NCBI GenBank assembly: GCA_040285745.1
Contig: JAUFOR010000004.1
Coordinates: 1 to 64,000, forward strand
Length of the DNA stretch: 64,000 nt
From: Barthelona sp. PCE
Taxonomy: Eukaryota
Direction: 5' to 3'
Numbering within the stretch: the stretch's first letter is position 1; every line of letters starts with the position of its first letter. This document shows positions 40,001 through 55,000 of this stretch, piece after piece. The position numbers and the translations under genes are program-made. The notes under the pieces are model-generated. The model had not been told where the DNA came from. It searched no databases and saw only the letters and a program-made list of their open reading frames with translations.

Positions 40001-43000
40001 GGGTTCTCTCCATTCAATTGATTCTTCAAACTCTTTCTTCTCCTTTAAAAATTTTGAAGGTGATATTAAAATTGAAAATGCCGAATTTCAGTCTTCAGAA
40101 GATGTAATGATCAAAAACGTTACAGACGTCACATTTACTTCATTATCTTCTGACAGTAAGTTTGTTTTGAATGAATTTAACATCTTAACAGCTGATTCAA
40201 TCGCAGCGGAAGGTGATTTTTGGATTGAAGATGGTCATGCTTTTGCATGTGACACATTAACTTTCCAAAAAAAACTTTATATTGAGGAAATCATCACATC
40301 TGTTGTAATTAATACAGTTCAGCAGCCTAAGAACACATTCGGCTACTTTTTGCGTGATATTTATCTTGATTCAATAAGTGAGTTAGTTATTTCAAACACT
40401 TTTGATCATTCAGATTCAAAGGCAAGTCTCATTAACATTGACACGGTTGAAATTGATCAATATACATGTAATGGTAACGGTGATTTGTTTTTAGATCACG
40501 CAGACATGCTTTCATCAGTTTTTTCTCTTACAGAATGTACTGTCACAGGTCATTCAATCAATGGTGATCTTATTCTTGGTGTTGTTAATATGCAACGTTC
40601 ATCATTTGATTTGAGCGGTATTGGTGGAGCTGTCCGAATCTCCAATCCCATTGATTTGAACAATTCTACCTTCAAACTCGTTGGTGGAAATGCTGAAATT
40701 GATATTGGAAATTCTATTGCTTTGCGCAATAGTTCAACAGTTTTATTCAGTGATTTTGTTGATGGTATGGTCTTTGATGACATTTCTGTTATTGAAAACT
40801 CTTTGCTTGAACTTAACGGTAACTATCGTGCTTCCGTAAAGACACTCACACTTTCAGACTCAGTTGTTTTGGGAACAGAACGGTTGAACGTAACTGATAC
40901 GATGGATTTCGAAGGAGGTACGGTTGGTCCCAATATTGAAATAACTACTATGGCACTGAACATGTTCTCAAGTGCTGATCACGTTCTTGGAAAGGATGCC
41001 TTATTACAAACTAATAATTTGGATTTGGATTCTTCAGTATCTTCTTTTATTGCAGATGGAGGATCTCGTTTCGAGATTGAATCTGCATTAACCATTGCAC
41101 ATAACTTCATTTTCGTGCATCGCGACAGTCAGTTACCAACGCCTGTTGTTAAGTTCACAAAACCATTTGTTTACAATCACCCAAGTACTTTCGATGTGTT
41201 TTCAAGAGTGGAATGTGATTCAACTTTTGAAACAAACCAAATGGCTCGTCTATATGGTGGTCTAAGTGGTACGTGTGCAATTACCGTTAATTCTGGTAAT
41301 TTGTTAATTGAAAGTTACGCAGTTGGTAATTTCAGTACTGTTGTAGATAATGGTGATACAGAAATTACTGTCACAGTTCGTGGTTGTGTATCTATTGATT
41401 CTGCCAATGGTAACATCAAGCTCAAATCCGTGTCGGGTTGTATCTATGCCGAAGTACCTAATGGTCTGTGTGAGGTTGGATATTCAGGACCTGTAGTTGA
41501 GCTGAACTGTAATGAGGTTATCACAAACTCTGAGGTTCACTGGAGCTGTTGTGGTTCTAATTTTTGGTCAAACACTGAATGTTGGTCATCTGGTTCAGTG
41601 CCCACATTTACGGATGAAGTGTTCATTGATGCGTATTGTCCAGGAGAAAACTATCATGTAGGTAATTTAGATCCTGATATTACGACTGTCAAGACACTTT
41701 TCATTGGTAAAGTTGATGATCCTTCATACCCAGTGTTATGGATGAACAATTCAAACGATTTATATGTTCTTGAAGAGTTCAGATGGTACAAGGGTGGTAT
41801 CGGTGGTAGTGGTCAAATTGTTTTGCCTAAAGTATTAGGTGTTAAGAGTCAAGGTTATATTTTGTCAGATCAGGAGAAGAAACTCCATACAGCATCTGGT
41901 ATATTGAACCTTGGTGATCTTCACTTTAACGATTCATGCATCATAGAAGGTCAGGAGGGTTCTTTCCTCATGAATTCTTTTGGCGCTACATTCCACTTCC
42001 ACGTTCCTGTAATCTTGCGTGCATTGTCATACAGTGCATGGCCTGCTGGAATTACTAATTTGGGTACTTTACATATCAAGAACCCAACAGATGGTGTTCC
42101 TCTTCATGTTGACAAGGAACGTCTCAACGATCTGGATTATGTGATTGCCAATAATATCGTACATATTGGATTTGAACTAAATAACCAAGAGGAACTTCTT
42201 GTATCAGGTTACATGGTTGCATCTTTTGATTCAGAAGACTATGGTACAACAGAAGTTCTAAGCAACGGTGTGTTCCACATTGCTGGTAACACTTACAAGA
42301 TGAAACGTGGATCACGTATTCGTGGAAAGGCCGGTCATTTTGTTGTCCAATGTTATTGTGAAGTTATGGCTAGATACTCTTTTTCAGGTGGTCTTGTTGC
42401 TTTTAATAATTCAAACGTTCACTTCATGGCTAATTCGTATATTGCAGCTCTTAACATTACTCAAGTACACCAAGCATCCCTCATTAAATTTCACTCAATG
42501 TCTGTTGTTCAAGCACTCATTGGTTATATGATTGTCAGTGATGGTGAAGTTCGTGTTTCTACAGGTTGTTTATGGGGTACATCATCTGTACATTTGACCA
42601 CACACGGTGGTCTAACGATTTGGGAGTCTGATTCATTGGATGGATACCTTCAGTTTTCTTATTTACTTGTTCATGGTGGTATTGTTGAGTTTAACGTTAA
42701 ATCTGAGGTTATCTCTATGTTTAATAACCAAACCGCAGGTATAGTACAAGGTACATCAACTCTTCTTAACTTCCAAGAGCAGTACATTAACGGTGGTGCT
42801 CTTCACACACATCTTCGTGTTGCTGAACGTGCCACTTCGTATTTTGCGCAAGGTTCACTTGATGCACTTGTTTCTGCCAGACAATGGCTGAACGAAGGAG
42901 AGATGTACATTGGTCCTAACTTCACACTCAAAATGGGCGCTGATTCAATCTTTGATAACGTTCAAAACGTCACAATATTCGGAGAAACAGTCTTTGAATT

Positions 43001-46000
43001 CCAGAGCAGGGCACAATATATTAACCAAAACAAGACAGATCTTGAATTCTATGCTGAAAATGGAACGCAGGCTTTGTTTACATTCAAAGGAGCTGGTGAA
43101 TACACTGCCAAATCTTCTGCTCCTCTATTCTTTAACAAAGGTAACTTAACTTTGTACAGTATGCATTTTGTAATTGATTATCATGCATATTTCAATCAAA
43201 TAGATCATGAGTACGTAAAAACGGAACTTAATTTTAATTCAACATTAGAATGGTTCACGATGTTTTCGACTTCTGTCTCTGGTTTGTTTAGTCTTTTGGA
43301 ACCCGAATCTTTATTGCTCATGCGTTCTAATCGCCTTGATTTCGACGTATTCAGTCGTATCAGAGGTGCAGGTACATTGTATACTAAACATGGGCGTCCT
43401 CACGACTGTCCCGATGGTTTTTATACAACATATCGCAGGGAAGAATACTGGGACCCTAAAGCAATGGAGATTAAGGTACGTTACGTACCGGTTTATACCG
43501 ATTGTGGTTATTACTCTCCTATTATTAATGTATTTGGTGATTATGGTGCCAGTCCTGATATCAATCAGATTTATGTTGGTGAACTGAATTTTTATGGAAC
43601 AGTTCAGGATTATTCAAGTATCACTGTCAAGAACGCTAAATTTGCATTTTCAAATGTTTACTTTAATTGTTCAGATTCTTGTGAAGCATCAATATATGTT
43701 GAGCGTTCTCACTTTAAGTTCCATAGTACAGGTCCAAAGACACATGACATTTCATCTCTTGAAGTTTTGGAGGCTAATTCATTCAGTCTTCGTCAGATTA
43801 ACAAGATGGATATAGATAGTGTCAAGTTCCACGGAACTTCAAATGCAATCATGCGTTATTCTTCATCACTTTCATCGGATTTATTTATTAAGAACTTGTA
43901 TGTCAATACATCTGATTTAGCTTTCGGTTCCCTGCTTGGTACAATTCAGATTGAAACGCTTTTACTTGAGGATTCTACATTATCTATGGATAATACAACT
44001 TCTTCAAATTTCTTGGCGTTTGATAACATTGCACTTCATGGTTCTACTTTGGATATTGGCAACTCAAAGCATAGTCTTACAGTCACAGACACGTTTTTTG
44101 TCAATGGTTCTGTTTTTGATATTAATGGTCTTGAAGGTCGTGTTTCAATCTCGACTTATCAGTCTATATGGTCAAACACACTTTTAGATGGTGTTAATAC
44201 TTATGTTGTTGAAATCGAAGATTACTCTGTTGAAGGTAACAACCAACTCATTATGCGTAACTCGCAAGGTATTTCCATTCAAACATTCGATACAACAGAC
44301 ACACACACTTCACAGTATTACTTTAAGAATCTTGTGTCAGGTGTAACAATTGTTACAGGTGCTTTTAACCCATCTGGTGTATATTATATGAATAATGTTG
44401 GTGCCAAAGTTCAGTTTGTTAACGTTCAAATTAATGGAACATTGGAGATGAATGTCTTTACCCAGCTTGTCTTTACAAATCTTCAAATCAGTCGTGACAT
44501 TGATTTGTCAAACGGTGAATCCGTATCAGGTGAAACCTTATGGTTTGTTAGACTGTTTAACGTTGATAATATCAATACACTGCTTAGTATCAACAATGTT
44601 CTTCAAGATAAGCCTGATAGGATGTTCCAAGTGTTTACAGACAGATCAATCAACATCAATGATGTTGGCAATTTGCAGTTTGAATTGATACGTCATCAAT
44701 ACTCTCATCTATCAATGAGCGCTGTACGTAGTGCAGTGATGACCAACTATTATTGTACTGAGGCAGGTAAGTTCTCACTAACAACAAGTTCACTCTCATC
44801 CGAAGTGTTTTCAGTTGATAATTGTACGATACGAGGAACTAATCTTGTTGGTGATGTGGACATTGTTGAATTATTAGCAAGTGATGCGTCGTTACACTTC
44901 CTTACAGTTTCTGGTAAAGTCAGGGTACAAAATGATGTTACTCTCGTTCATTCAATGCTTGAAGTTTCAAATGTTGTTGGTAATTTGGTGTTTGGTGATG
45001 TATTAACTGCTTCGTTAGACTCATCAATTTATTTAACTAATGTTAATGGTATGAGTATGGGAACTATTATCTTGAATGGAGAATCTCTGCTCGAGATAAT
45101 GGGTAGTAACGGTGTGGAAATTGGTACTCTCCGTTTACACGAAAGTTCTGTTGTTCGCGGTACCGAGTCTGTTGATGTAACAACAGAGTTTGATTTCAAG
45201 AGTGGTATTGTAGGTCCTGATACACAGCTTACATCACGTTTGACCAATATCCACTCTGTTGAGAATCATACATTGTTTGAAGGTGCTCTTGTTCAAGCTG
45301 ATTCGATGAATATCGATACAGAAGTGTTTGAGATATTTGGTAAGCGTGATTCAACTTTGCGAATCAGCGAAGAATACACAATGGATCACCTCTTAAAATT
45401 AATTGATCTTGATATGGTTGTTAGTAACCCACCCAAGCTCATTTTAGATCGAAACTTTAAATATACACATGACAGTTCGTTTATTTCAGAGTTCAGAGTC
45501 CTATCTTCGAAGCATATTACTCAAGATAAGCAGAATTTGCTGCTCAAGGCTGGTCTTGAAGGCGGTGCAACTATTTCAGTTGCTGAAGGTGATTGTACTA
45601 TTGAAAGAACGGCCATTGGTAACTATAAGATTACTGCTAATCAGGGTAGCATCAGTGCACCTATTACCACTGGTTGTATCGATGTCAGAACCGAGACTGG
45701 TGATATTACTGTAGATAGTGTTAACGGTTGTATATTTGCCCGTGCTCCAATTGGTATTTGTACTGTTCCTATTGCCCGTAGCGACGTTGATATTAAATGT
45801 AATAGTATCATATCATCAGATTTGGACGGAACAATCGAGCTTACCAGTGAAACTGCTACTCTTAATAGTGTTGATGGTAGTGGTACTCTTAATTTCACCT
45901 CAAATGCCACTGTAGGTACTGTTTCAGGTACTTTTGAGCACTTTTATAGAACTGGTGCAATTGAATTCACATCGTTGGCCGGTTCTCATACTTTTATATC

Positions 46001-49000
46001 GACAGCAAACGTTGATGTTGAAAATTCAGTAACTGGTTCTACTTTATTATTCACATCAACTGAAGGATCCATCTCAATTGGCGGTAGTGTTACTACTTCG
46101 ACTGTTGAATTCACTTTAACTAATGGTAATGTTTCTATTGGTGGTGATGTAACAAATTCTTTGGTGTCCAACATTGAGGTTGGTAACTTGTTTGTGGGTG
46201 GTGATATTGGTAAGGATTTAACTGCAACCGTCACTAGCGGTGATATTACAGTTGAAGGAAGTGTCGGTAAGGTGCTTACTGCATCTGCTGATGTTGGTGA
46301 CATCTCAGTTGGTGGTGGCGTAGGCGATTCAGTATCTGTCTTTATTGAGGAAGGTAACATTTCCATTGATGGAGGTTTGCCCTCTTCGGTTGATGTACAA
46401 GCTGAGAAGGGTAATATCTTTGTAGGTGGTGGTATGACAGGATCCCCACGTATTATATTACCTGGAGGTACTAGATTTGATGATCGTAGTGGCAGTCACA
46501 GTGTGTGGCGTGTTGCTGAAACCCCTGTATGGGTTAATACTGTTAATTGTGAGATGAAGATCAGTGAATATGATAAGTACATGAATGGTACAGAAGTCAT
46601 TGGTCGATCTGATAATGTTACCAGTTTTAAAACATCAGCAAGGGATAATTGTGATGCAACAATCCAACCTGAAGGCATTATTGATACATGCGATAAAGCT
46701 GATCTTAAAGATAACGATATTGCAACTTTTGATCCTTCCAAAGCAATTGGTTGTCGTAAGGTTCAACGTCTTTGCTATTGGGAAACTAAGAGCTATGATG
46801 TTTGTGATTCATCTCCTTCAACAGCAAACGTTGACATGTTTGATTCGTATCCCAACACTTGTAATCCTGCTTTGCATGATCACTATGTTCTTCCTATTCC
46901 AACTTCAAGTGAGATGCCTACAACAGCATCTCGCGAACGTAAGTGTGATTGTGATGGTATGAATTGTACATCATGTATTTGTGCTTTGGGTTACTGTAGT
47001 TGTGAAGTTTTTGATAGTGGTGATACTGTTAACAAAACTACAACTGAAATTAACAGTCAGCAATGTCAAACTATAACTGAAGATCGTCAGCACTGTCGTA
47101 TCCATCGTGATTTGGAGTTTTCCAGTCCATTGGATCGAAAGTACAACTTGACTTTCGGTGCTGGTAATTGGAACTTCCAGCCAGATACATACATATCTGC
47201 AATAGATGCATATATTGATGCTCAAGCTGGTGCAGTTCTTTCTTATGATGGTATTCTTGAATTCCCTCCAATTTGGGAGTTCTCAGGTGGTCGTATTAAC
47301 TTACAGACAACTGCACAGACGGAAATGTATGAAATTCACTCATCTGGTGGTACATTTGTTCTTAATTCTTATATTCCCACATTGAACCTCGTCAATATTG
47401 AAGGTGGTGGTTTCGAAGTCACTAATAGCGATGCTCTTAACATTTCAACACTGAGTGTTGTTAATGGTGATACAGTTTTTGCTTCTGAAGGTATTTTGGC
47501 TACTGAAATCTTCCGTTGGACAGGTGGTACTTTCTTACCTGCTTATGGTTCAACAGTTCAAGCTGAGAGTCTTATGGATTTCTCAGGTGGTTTCCCACGT
47601 TATTGGACACGAGGTACACTTGTTATTGGTTCTGATGTTGTTTGGGATTCTTCTGCTCCTGTTTATGGTTGTTCTCCTGGTGTTTTCGAGATTCCTGTCG
47701 GAGTTACTGTCACTTTGCAAACAGTTAATCTATTAAAACAATGCAGCAATCCTGCTTTATTGCGTCTTAAGGGTGGTCTCTTTGTTCAGCAGTTTGATAT
47801 TGAGTGGGAGTTTGAGCATGATGGTTATCTTCATATTCTTCCAATGGGAACGTTTAACCTCATGCTTTCTTCAGTTTCAACTGGTACTTTCTACATTGAC
47901 TACAATGCAGAGTTAGTTGTATCAGCACCTACATATGAGTTTGGACCTACGTCAGTACTGGAGGGATCAGATGGTTACTTCCGAGTTATTGATGGTGCAG
48001 AAGTAGACTTTTATGGAACATATGCTCTGAATCCTAAGATTTTCGTTGAAGAAGGCGAATTGAACTTCAAATTAGGTTCTGTGTTTGATGTTACTGATGT
48101 AGAGATTAATGGAGGTGTTCTTAACTTTGAGACAGGCTCAACCCAATGTACAGCAGATTCTGCTTGGCACATGGGTGTTGTTAATGTCAATGGTGGTTCG
48201 GTCAATTGGGCTGAACTTCCATGTGATCTTATTATTGATTACCTTAATGTGAGTGGAGGTTCAGTTTCATTTGATCGTTTGTCAAAGATTCTTGATATCC
48301 GTGGTCTTCGTTTGAAGGGTGGTTTTGTCCATTTCAAATCAATGGTTACTCCTCTTGCACTTACAGATCTTATTCTTGAAGGTTCAACTGTCAGATTCGA
48401 CACCGGTCATGACGTTTCAGTTGGTAACTTCTCACTTACATCTGATTCACAGGTTCTTGGAACTGATGATATGAGCATTGATGGTGATTTTGAGTTTTCT
48501 TCTGGTACGCTTGGTATTGATACAACAGTTTCTTTAGACACTGTTAAACAATGTCTCTTTAGCAGCGGTACCAGTAACATTAATGCTGGTGTTGAGCTGG
48601 TTGTTAAGCGCTCATGTATATTCGAACACAACGTTATAATGAATGGTTACATGGGTTCTATTCTTGATATTGAGAAGAACTCAACATTTGAGGGTGATGT
48701 TTCATTTATTGAACATCAAAACACTGCATTATTAAGATTGGCTTCATTTGAACATTATGGTCAAGTCTTTAAGTGTACTTGGGATTCTAAACTTGGATAT
48801 TTCGATGCTTCTCGAAACTCCACATTCCATCAGCAGTTAACCACTGCTCAATTCTCAACAACAACGTTCCATAACAACATTCATATGACTGGAACCAATT
48901 CAATTATCTTTTCTTCAGTTTTCAACATTGAACCATCAGGTGGTATCTATTCTCCTTCATCTGTTCTCGTTCTTTTCTCAGGATTCACTGTGAATTGTGA

Positions 49001-52000
49001 GGGTGGTATGTATTTGGATGGTAATTACAACATACCTTCTGGTTATTTCAATTTGTTGCCCAATTCTCATGGTATCTTTGGTGATATCAATTTAGCTACA
49101 AGTTCTTCCAACCTCCTTATCAGTGGTATGGTGGAACCAGCAAAGTTTGGCATCATTTCTGCACATTCTGCAGGTAGTTTGAAAATTCAACGTATCTCTG
49201 ATAATATTTATTTTGATAAGATTGACGTACGCTATGGACAATTCGATATCGATAACATGCACGGTGGTACTGTACATGTTGGTGAAACTTACTTTAAATC
49301 GGCAACAGTACATGCGATATCTGCACATTTGCTTAATGTAACAGGTTCGTTTTTTACACATAGTACACAACTGCTTTTTGAAGATTCAATGTCTCTGACT
49401 ACAAGCACACTTGATCTTAATGGCTCACCCCTGACTTGCAACAATGTCAATGAAATAGTTCTTGACACTCTTGATGTTCAGGTGCACCACGATTACAGCA
49501 GTAGTTATGGTGTCAGTATTAATGGTGCATCAAAGATCAAGGTTGGTAACATTGTTAATCACGAAGCCAAGATGCATATTCAAAATGTTGATGTACTTGA
49601 TGTTGATCATTTGTATCAAAAGAATTTATATCATCGTTATTGGACAATTTTGGAGAATATTGATAATTGTCGAATTGGAGAGATTAATACCCAATATGGT
49701 TACTTCCGACTTGGTAATCTTGCCACTGAATGTGATATTGGTGTAATTGATATGTCAGCAATGCTTAATTTCGAAATTGATACAGGCCTTGCAAGTCAGA
49801 CGTTAAACAATTTGACAATGTATAACTCAACAATGACGGTTGCCTCTCCAACAATCCTTTATCCAGATGGTTTTAAGTTTACATCAGGTCGCATTGCTGC
49901 TAGTTCAAAGGTTTACCCCAACTATTTCTTCAAGCAATCTGGTTCAGCAAGTTATATCTTGAGCAGTGCTCAACTGCACGTGAAAAAGGGAGGTTATCAT
50001 TCAAGTGGTACCATCAGTACTTCTTCAAACGCTGAGTTCAAGATTTGCTCTGGGGCAACGTTTATTCAAGACGGTCCTGTAGTTATTACAGGAAACAGCG
50101 GTCATTTCATTATTGAAGGTAAAGCATATCATCGAGATTCAACATCCAATTCAACCATTAATTCGCGTCTTCGCATTCAAAACAATGGTGAACTTCATGT
50201 TGAAACTGCTCCTTATAGGGTTACTGGTGGTAATCATATTTGTGCTGATGGTAAACTTTTCCTTAACAGAACATTAACACTTGATAATGGCCAGTTTGAA
50301 CTTTCTGAACAGTGTATCTTGTCTGGTGATGATACAATTCGTATGCAAGGGCATGAATCGGAGTTCCATATTCGCGGTCGTTATTGTCCAAATGAAGTAT
50401 GGAAGCTCATCGATAACGGTTACCTCCACATTTACCCTACAGCAGAAATTTGTCTTCGAGAGTATCACGGTCGTTATGGTCGTGCCACATTTGAAGGAAA
50501 TCCAACTATCATAAGCAGTGGCCCTTTGCGTTTCTTCACTCGTTTCTACAACTTGTTCTTTGATAAGTTTAAGACGGATATTGATTTTGTTAGTCTGGAT
50601 GATTCTTATCTTGGATTGTTCTTCGAGGAACCTGTCGCACGTATTAATCGTATTCAGTTCCTCGGCGGTATTATTAATGGTACTAATTCTCTTGATCTGG
50701 ATGCATTTTATTGGGAGCAGGGTATCGTCCTTGTTCCTATTGTGACCAAGAATTGTAAGCTTACAACTTATCAGGAGAGAATTATCACCAACAGAAAATC
50801 TTTTACTATTAACGGAAACTGTAGTTTTACAAGCGGTAGTCTTTATTTGGATGATTTTTCATCACTAATCATTGGACCTGAGGGTGTTTTGAGTTTGTAT
50901 GATTTCTATCGTATTTCACCTGTACCTGGTGTACCTACATCTGGTCAAGAGAATGTGTTTAACTACGGTACTGTTGTTAAGAAGGAGAATTCTGGTAATT
51001 TATGGTCAACTGTTAATTGGTTTTCTAATAATACCTTAATATTCGAAGATGGTACTTCTATGGAGTTCCTAACATGTGATTTTGTTGTTGAAAATCTTGT
51101 ACAGATTGGTGCTGGTGGTAAATTCACGTTTTTGGAATCATCTCGATTAATTGCAAAGGAAAATTCTGTATTTGAAGGTCTAGGTGATATTTTCACTGTT
51201 TATCCCACATCAATTGTTGAATTCTATGGTACTTATCGTCTTAATCCTGATTTCATTCAATCAAGCGGTAAGTACAACTTCTACAATACTTCATTTTATG
51301 ATATGCAAAATCTCACTTTAAGTGGCGATGTTGTATGGCTCAACAACGGTACTAAACTGTCTAGCTCGTTGAACTTCACACGTATGACGTTATCAGGTTC
51401 AGCACAAGTTGAGTTCTATCGTATTATTGGAAAAATTGATGTTGAGTACTTCTACATGTCAGGATCTACCAATATTAAATTCCACAATGCGACGGAAAAC
51501 GTCGAGTTCTATGAGTTTAGGCAAATGAGCTCTAACGCTTGGATCACATTCAATGGTGTTGAAGGAGATTTTATTGTTGAAGATAATGGTATGGTAGTAC
51601 ACGGTCACACACATATCTTGGATTTGGATGGTTGTTTCAAGGCTGCTTCTTTGTACAACTATTATGACTTGTACATCCCAAGGCTATCTTGTATGGAAAT
51701 CTACGGAATTTTCTTTATTCAAGATGATACAGTTTCTCTTGGTACGATACCTGGTGATGTGTACATCGAACAAATGGTATGTCTCTATAAGAATGAGTAC
51801 ACGTCATTTGTTGTTGGTAATATCAGCGGAAATCTTACAGTTGGTGATTGGTCAGCCTATCGTTGTGATATTGATATCAACACTGTTAGTGGACCCGTTA
51901 CCTTCGGTAACTACTCTCAGATCCAGGGTACGATGAATGCCAATATGTTTGGTGTTCTAACTTTCGAAGAGAATGCTGTGTTTAATGGACACATGTATTT

Positions 52001-55000
52001 CAACAGTACTGAATCTGTTAATGTTAACAGTTATGTTAATTCGAACAATGGCTCAATTACTTTCAACTATATTGATGGTGATATGACATTTGATGATGAG
52101 TTCTTACTTCGTCAAGGTTCTTTCCGTGTTAACCATGTTGACAGTGTACAGTTCAATGAAAAGGTTGACTTTGGAACTGGATCTACAAACTCTGTTTTCT
52201 ACCTAACTGATGTTTCAGGAAATGTTATGTTTGACAAGTCTGTCAGTCTTACGGGTGTATCCACTATCCAACATGTTGGTGGTGAACTTCGCTTTAAGGA
52301 TGATTTTGATATTAAAAGAAGCAGCGTTTCCTTCTCAGACATTCAAAATAAGATTTACTTTGATAAGAATACTAATGTTGATGGTAATTTGAACATTGTT
52401 GAATCTGGTTGTGTACATTTTGGAGGTAATCTTACATTTTCGGGAACAATATATATTGATTCTCTTGATTGTGACTTCTTTGTGCCTAATGGATTCTATG
52501 CAACGGCAGGTTCGATAACGATTGATGAGATTATTGGTAGTGTTATTGTTACTGAGAACTTTGAAAGTGCTTCAATCAACACATTTAGCAATATTAGTGG
52601 TGATGTTCTTCTCAAGCGCGATGTTATAATTAAAGACAAGAAGACTATTTTTGATACTCAAGGTGATGTCACAATCGACAGTAATCTTGTATTATCAACA
52701 ACAACAGCTCGTCTAGTTCTTAATGAGATTAACGATTTTGAAGTGAAGGGTGGTCTTAACGTTTCAGGTGATTTCACACTTGAAAAATTGAACTCATTTA
52801 CTATTAATAGTGACATTTACTTCTTTGACCCTTCGTCTAAACTGAATGTTTCACAATTGGATAATGATTTCACGATCGCCTATAAAATGCACGGATCTGG
52901 TTCATTAATTCTTCACGATATTAATGGTGATGTTCTCTTAGCTGATCAGTTGAGTCTATCTGACGGTAAACATGAATTTGTCAATATTGAAGGTCGTGTT
53001 CTAATTGAAGGAGGTGTTCTAGCTGAAAATGGTTTCATACTTATGGATAATGTTAAGAATTACTTCCAAACTAACCGTCTTGTTGCTGCTTCTTGTGACA
53101 TTAGTGAAGTCAAGTATATTAACATTGAATATGATACTGTTATTGAAAACGGTAATTGTGTTATTAATAATGTTCATGGTGATGTCAACTTCACATCTGG
53201 CGTTGAATTGAAGAATGGTCAATTCTCACTAGATTCTATTTCTGGTGAGTTTTATTCACGTGGTATTGAAGGTTCTGGTGCTATTCTTATTAATAACATC
53301 ACTTCCACATTCACGGTTGAAGCTGCTCTGAAAATTTCGGATGGATTCGGTGGTCACGGATCAGTGATTTCTAATATTAATTCTGATTTTTCGTTACCAG
53401 AAGGTTTAGAGTTTATTGATACTTCAGCCACCGTATCTAATATTGGTGGTTCAGTTTCAACTTCATACATTACTGTTGATGGTTCTTTGCTGCTTGACAA
53501 CATCGATGGTGCTTTCACTGTTGAAAACATTACCGTGGATGGTACTTTCTCGATCAAGGAAATCGATGGTGACATTGAGATGATTGATTTCGGTTACATC
53601 GATGGCAGTCTTGTAATTGAAGATGTACTTGGTTCGATCATTACAAATAACCTCACTGTTATTGGTCATATGAACGTTAAGAGAGTTTCATCTGATTTAG
53701 AATTAACTCACATCGCCATCATTGGTACTGCCATTATTGATGATATTCAGTCAATTATTTCTGAAGACGTCTGTGATTTCCATGGTACCTCATCTATGTC
53801 AACAATTTCAAACGTTCATGGAAATATCCATTGTCCTGAGGGAATTAATATGAAAGGTAAATGGACTATCACTGAAGTAGAAGGTAATTTCAACGCTACT
53901 AAGGGTGTTGAGTTGAATGCAGCACATTTATACCTGTCCAAGCTTCACGGTTCATTCGATGGTGTTGGTGGTGTTGCTCTTCTTAACTCACATGTTCAGC
54001 TAAGTGAGTTCGACCTTGCTATTGGAATGGATCAGGGTATTACTGCTTCTGCTTCTTACCTTCTTTTCAGCAAAATTACTGGTGACATTCAATTATCCGG
54101 TGGTATCTCTGCCAGTCAGTCCAGTTTCCACTTCAGCGAAGTTACTGGTGAGTTGATTATTACTTCAGGTGTTACTCAAACTGGTGGTTACATATACTTT
54201 ACAAACATTGTTGGTAATGTTCAATTACCAGGTGGTATTTCTGCTGTTGAAGCCAATGTTAACTTTAACAATATTGTAGGTGAATTAATTCTTTCTGCTG
54301 GTGTTAACCAGAGTGGATCTTTCATTTACTTCACAGATGTTGAAGGTGATATTACTACTTGGGTTATGAATATTGATGGCAACTTGGTAATTTCTGATTT
54401 ACAGGGTAGTATTTTGGTTGATACTGAACTCCAAATTGTTGGAACAACAACTTCGAAAATAGATACTGTTTCAGGTGACATTGTAATTCCTGATGGAATT
54501 TTGTGTGATGGAAGTAGTTGTTCTTTAGAGATTGATAGTATTACAGGTCAGCTTAGTACAAAATACATTAATATTGATGGTCACTTCTACATGCGAGGAT
54601 TGGGCGGCAAGTTCCATCTCACAGAATATCTCCGTGTCGGTACAGGAACTTCATATATTACCAACATTAATGGTTTCTTCAATGTTGTCGATGGCATCAC
54701 AATTGACAATGGTGATCTAATTATTCAAAATATTCAAGGCACGTTTGAAACCGACTTTATTCAGGCATCGGGTGCTATTAGGATTCATGATGTTAGTGGT
54801 CATGTTATTGTTACACAACAGGTTGATGGTGTTTGTTCCAGAATGTCCTGTGAGATTATGAGAGTTGGTGGACCTTTGCTTGTTGATAGTATGTTCCTCA
54901 AGGGCACGGTTACCATTTCCAATATTGCAGGTGATTTTAACATCACAAAGGATCTTCGACATGATCGTATTAGCTATTATTACGAAACATGGTTAGCTCA

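Noticed and set aside
37044-45812. Assembly artefact as the cause of the large internal duplication
   Set aside because: The two units are strongly diverged in DNA, have indels and different inserts, and keep the frame open.
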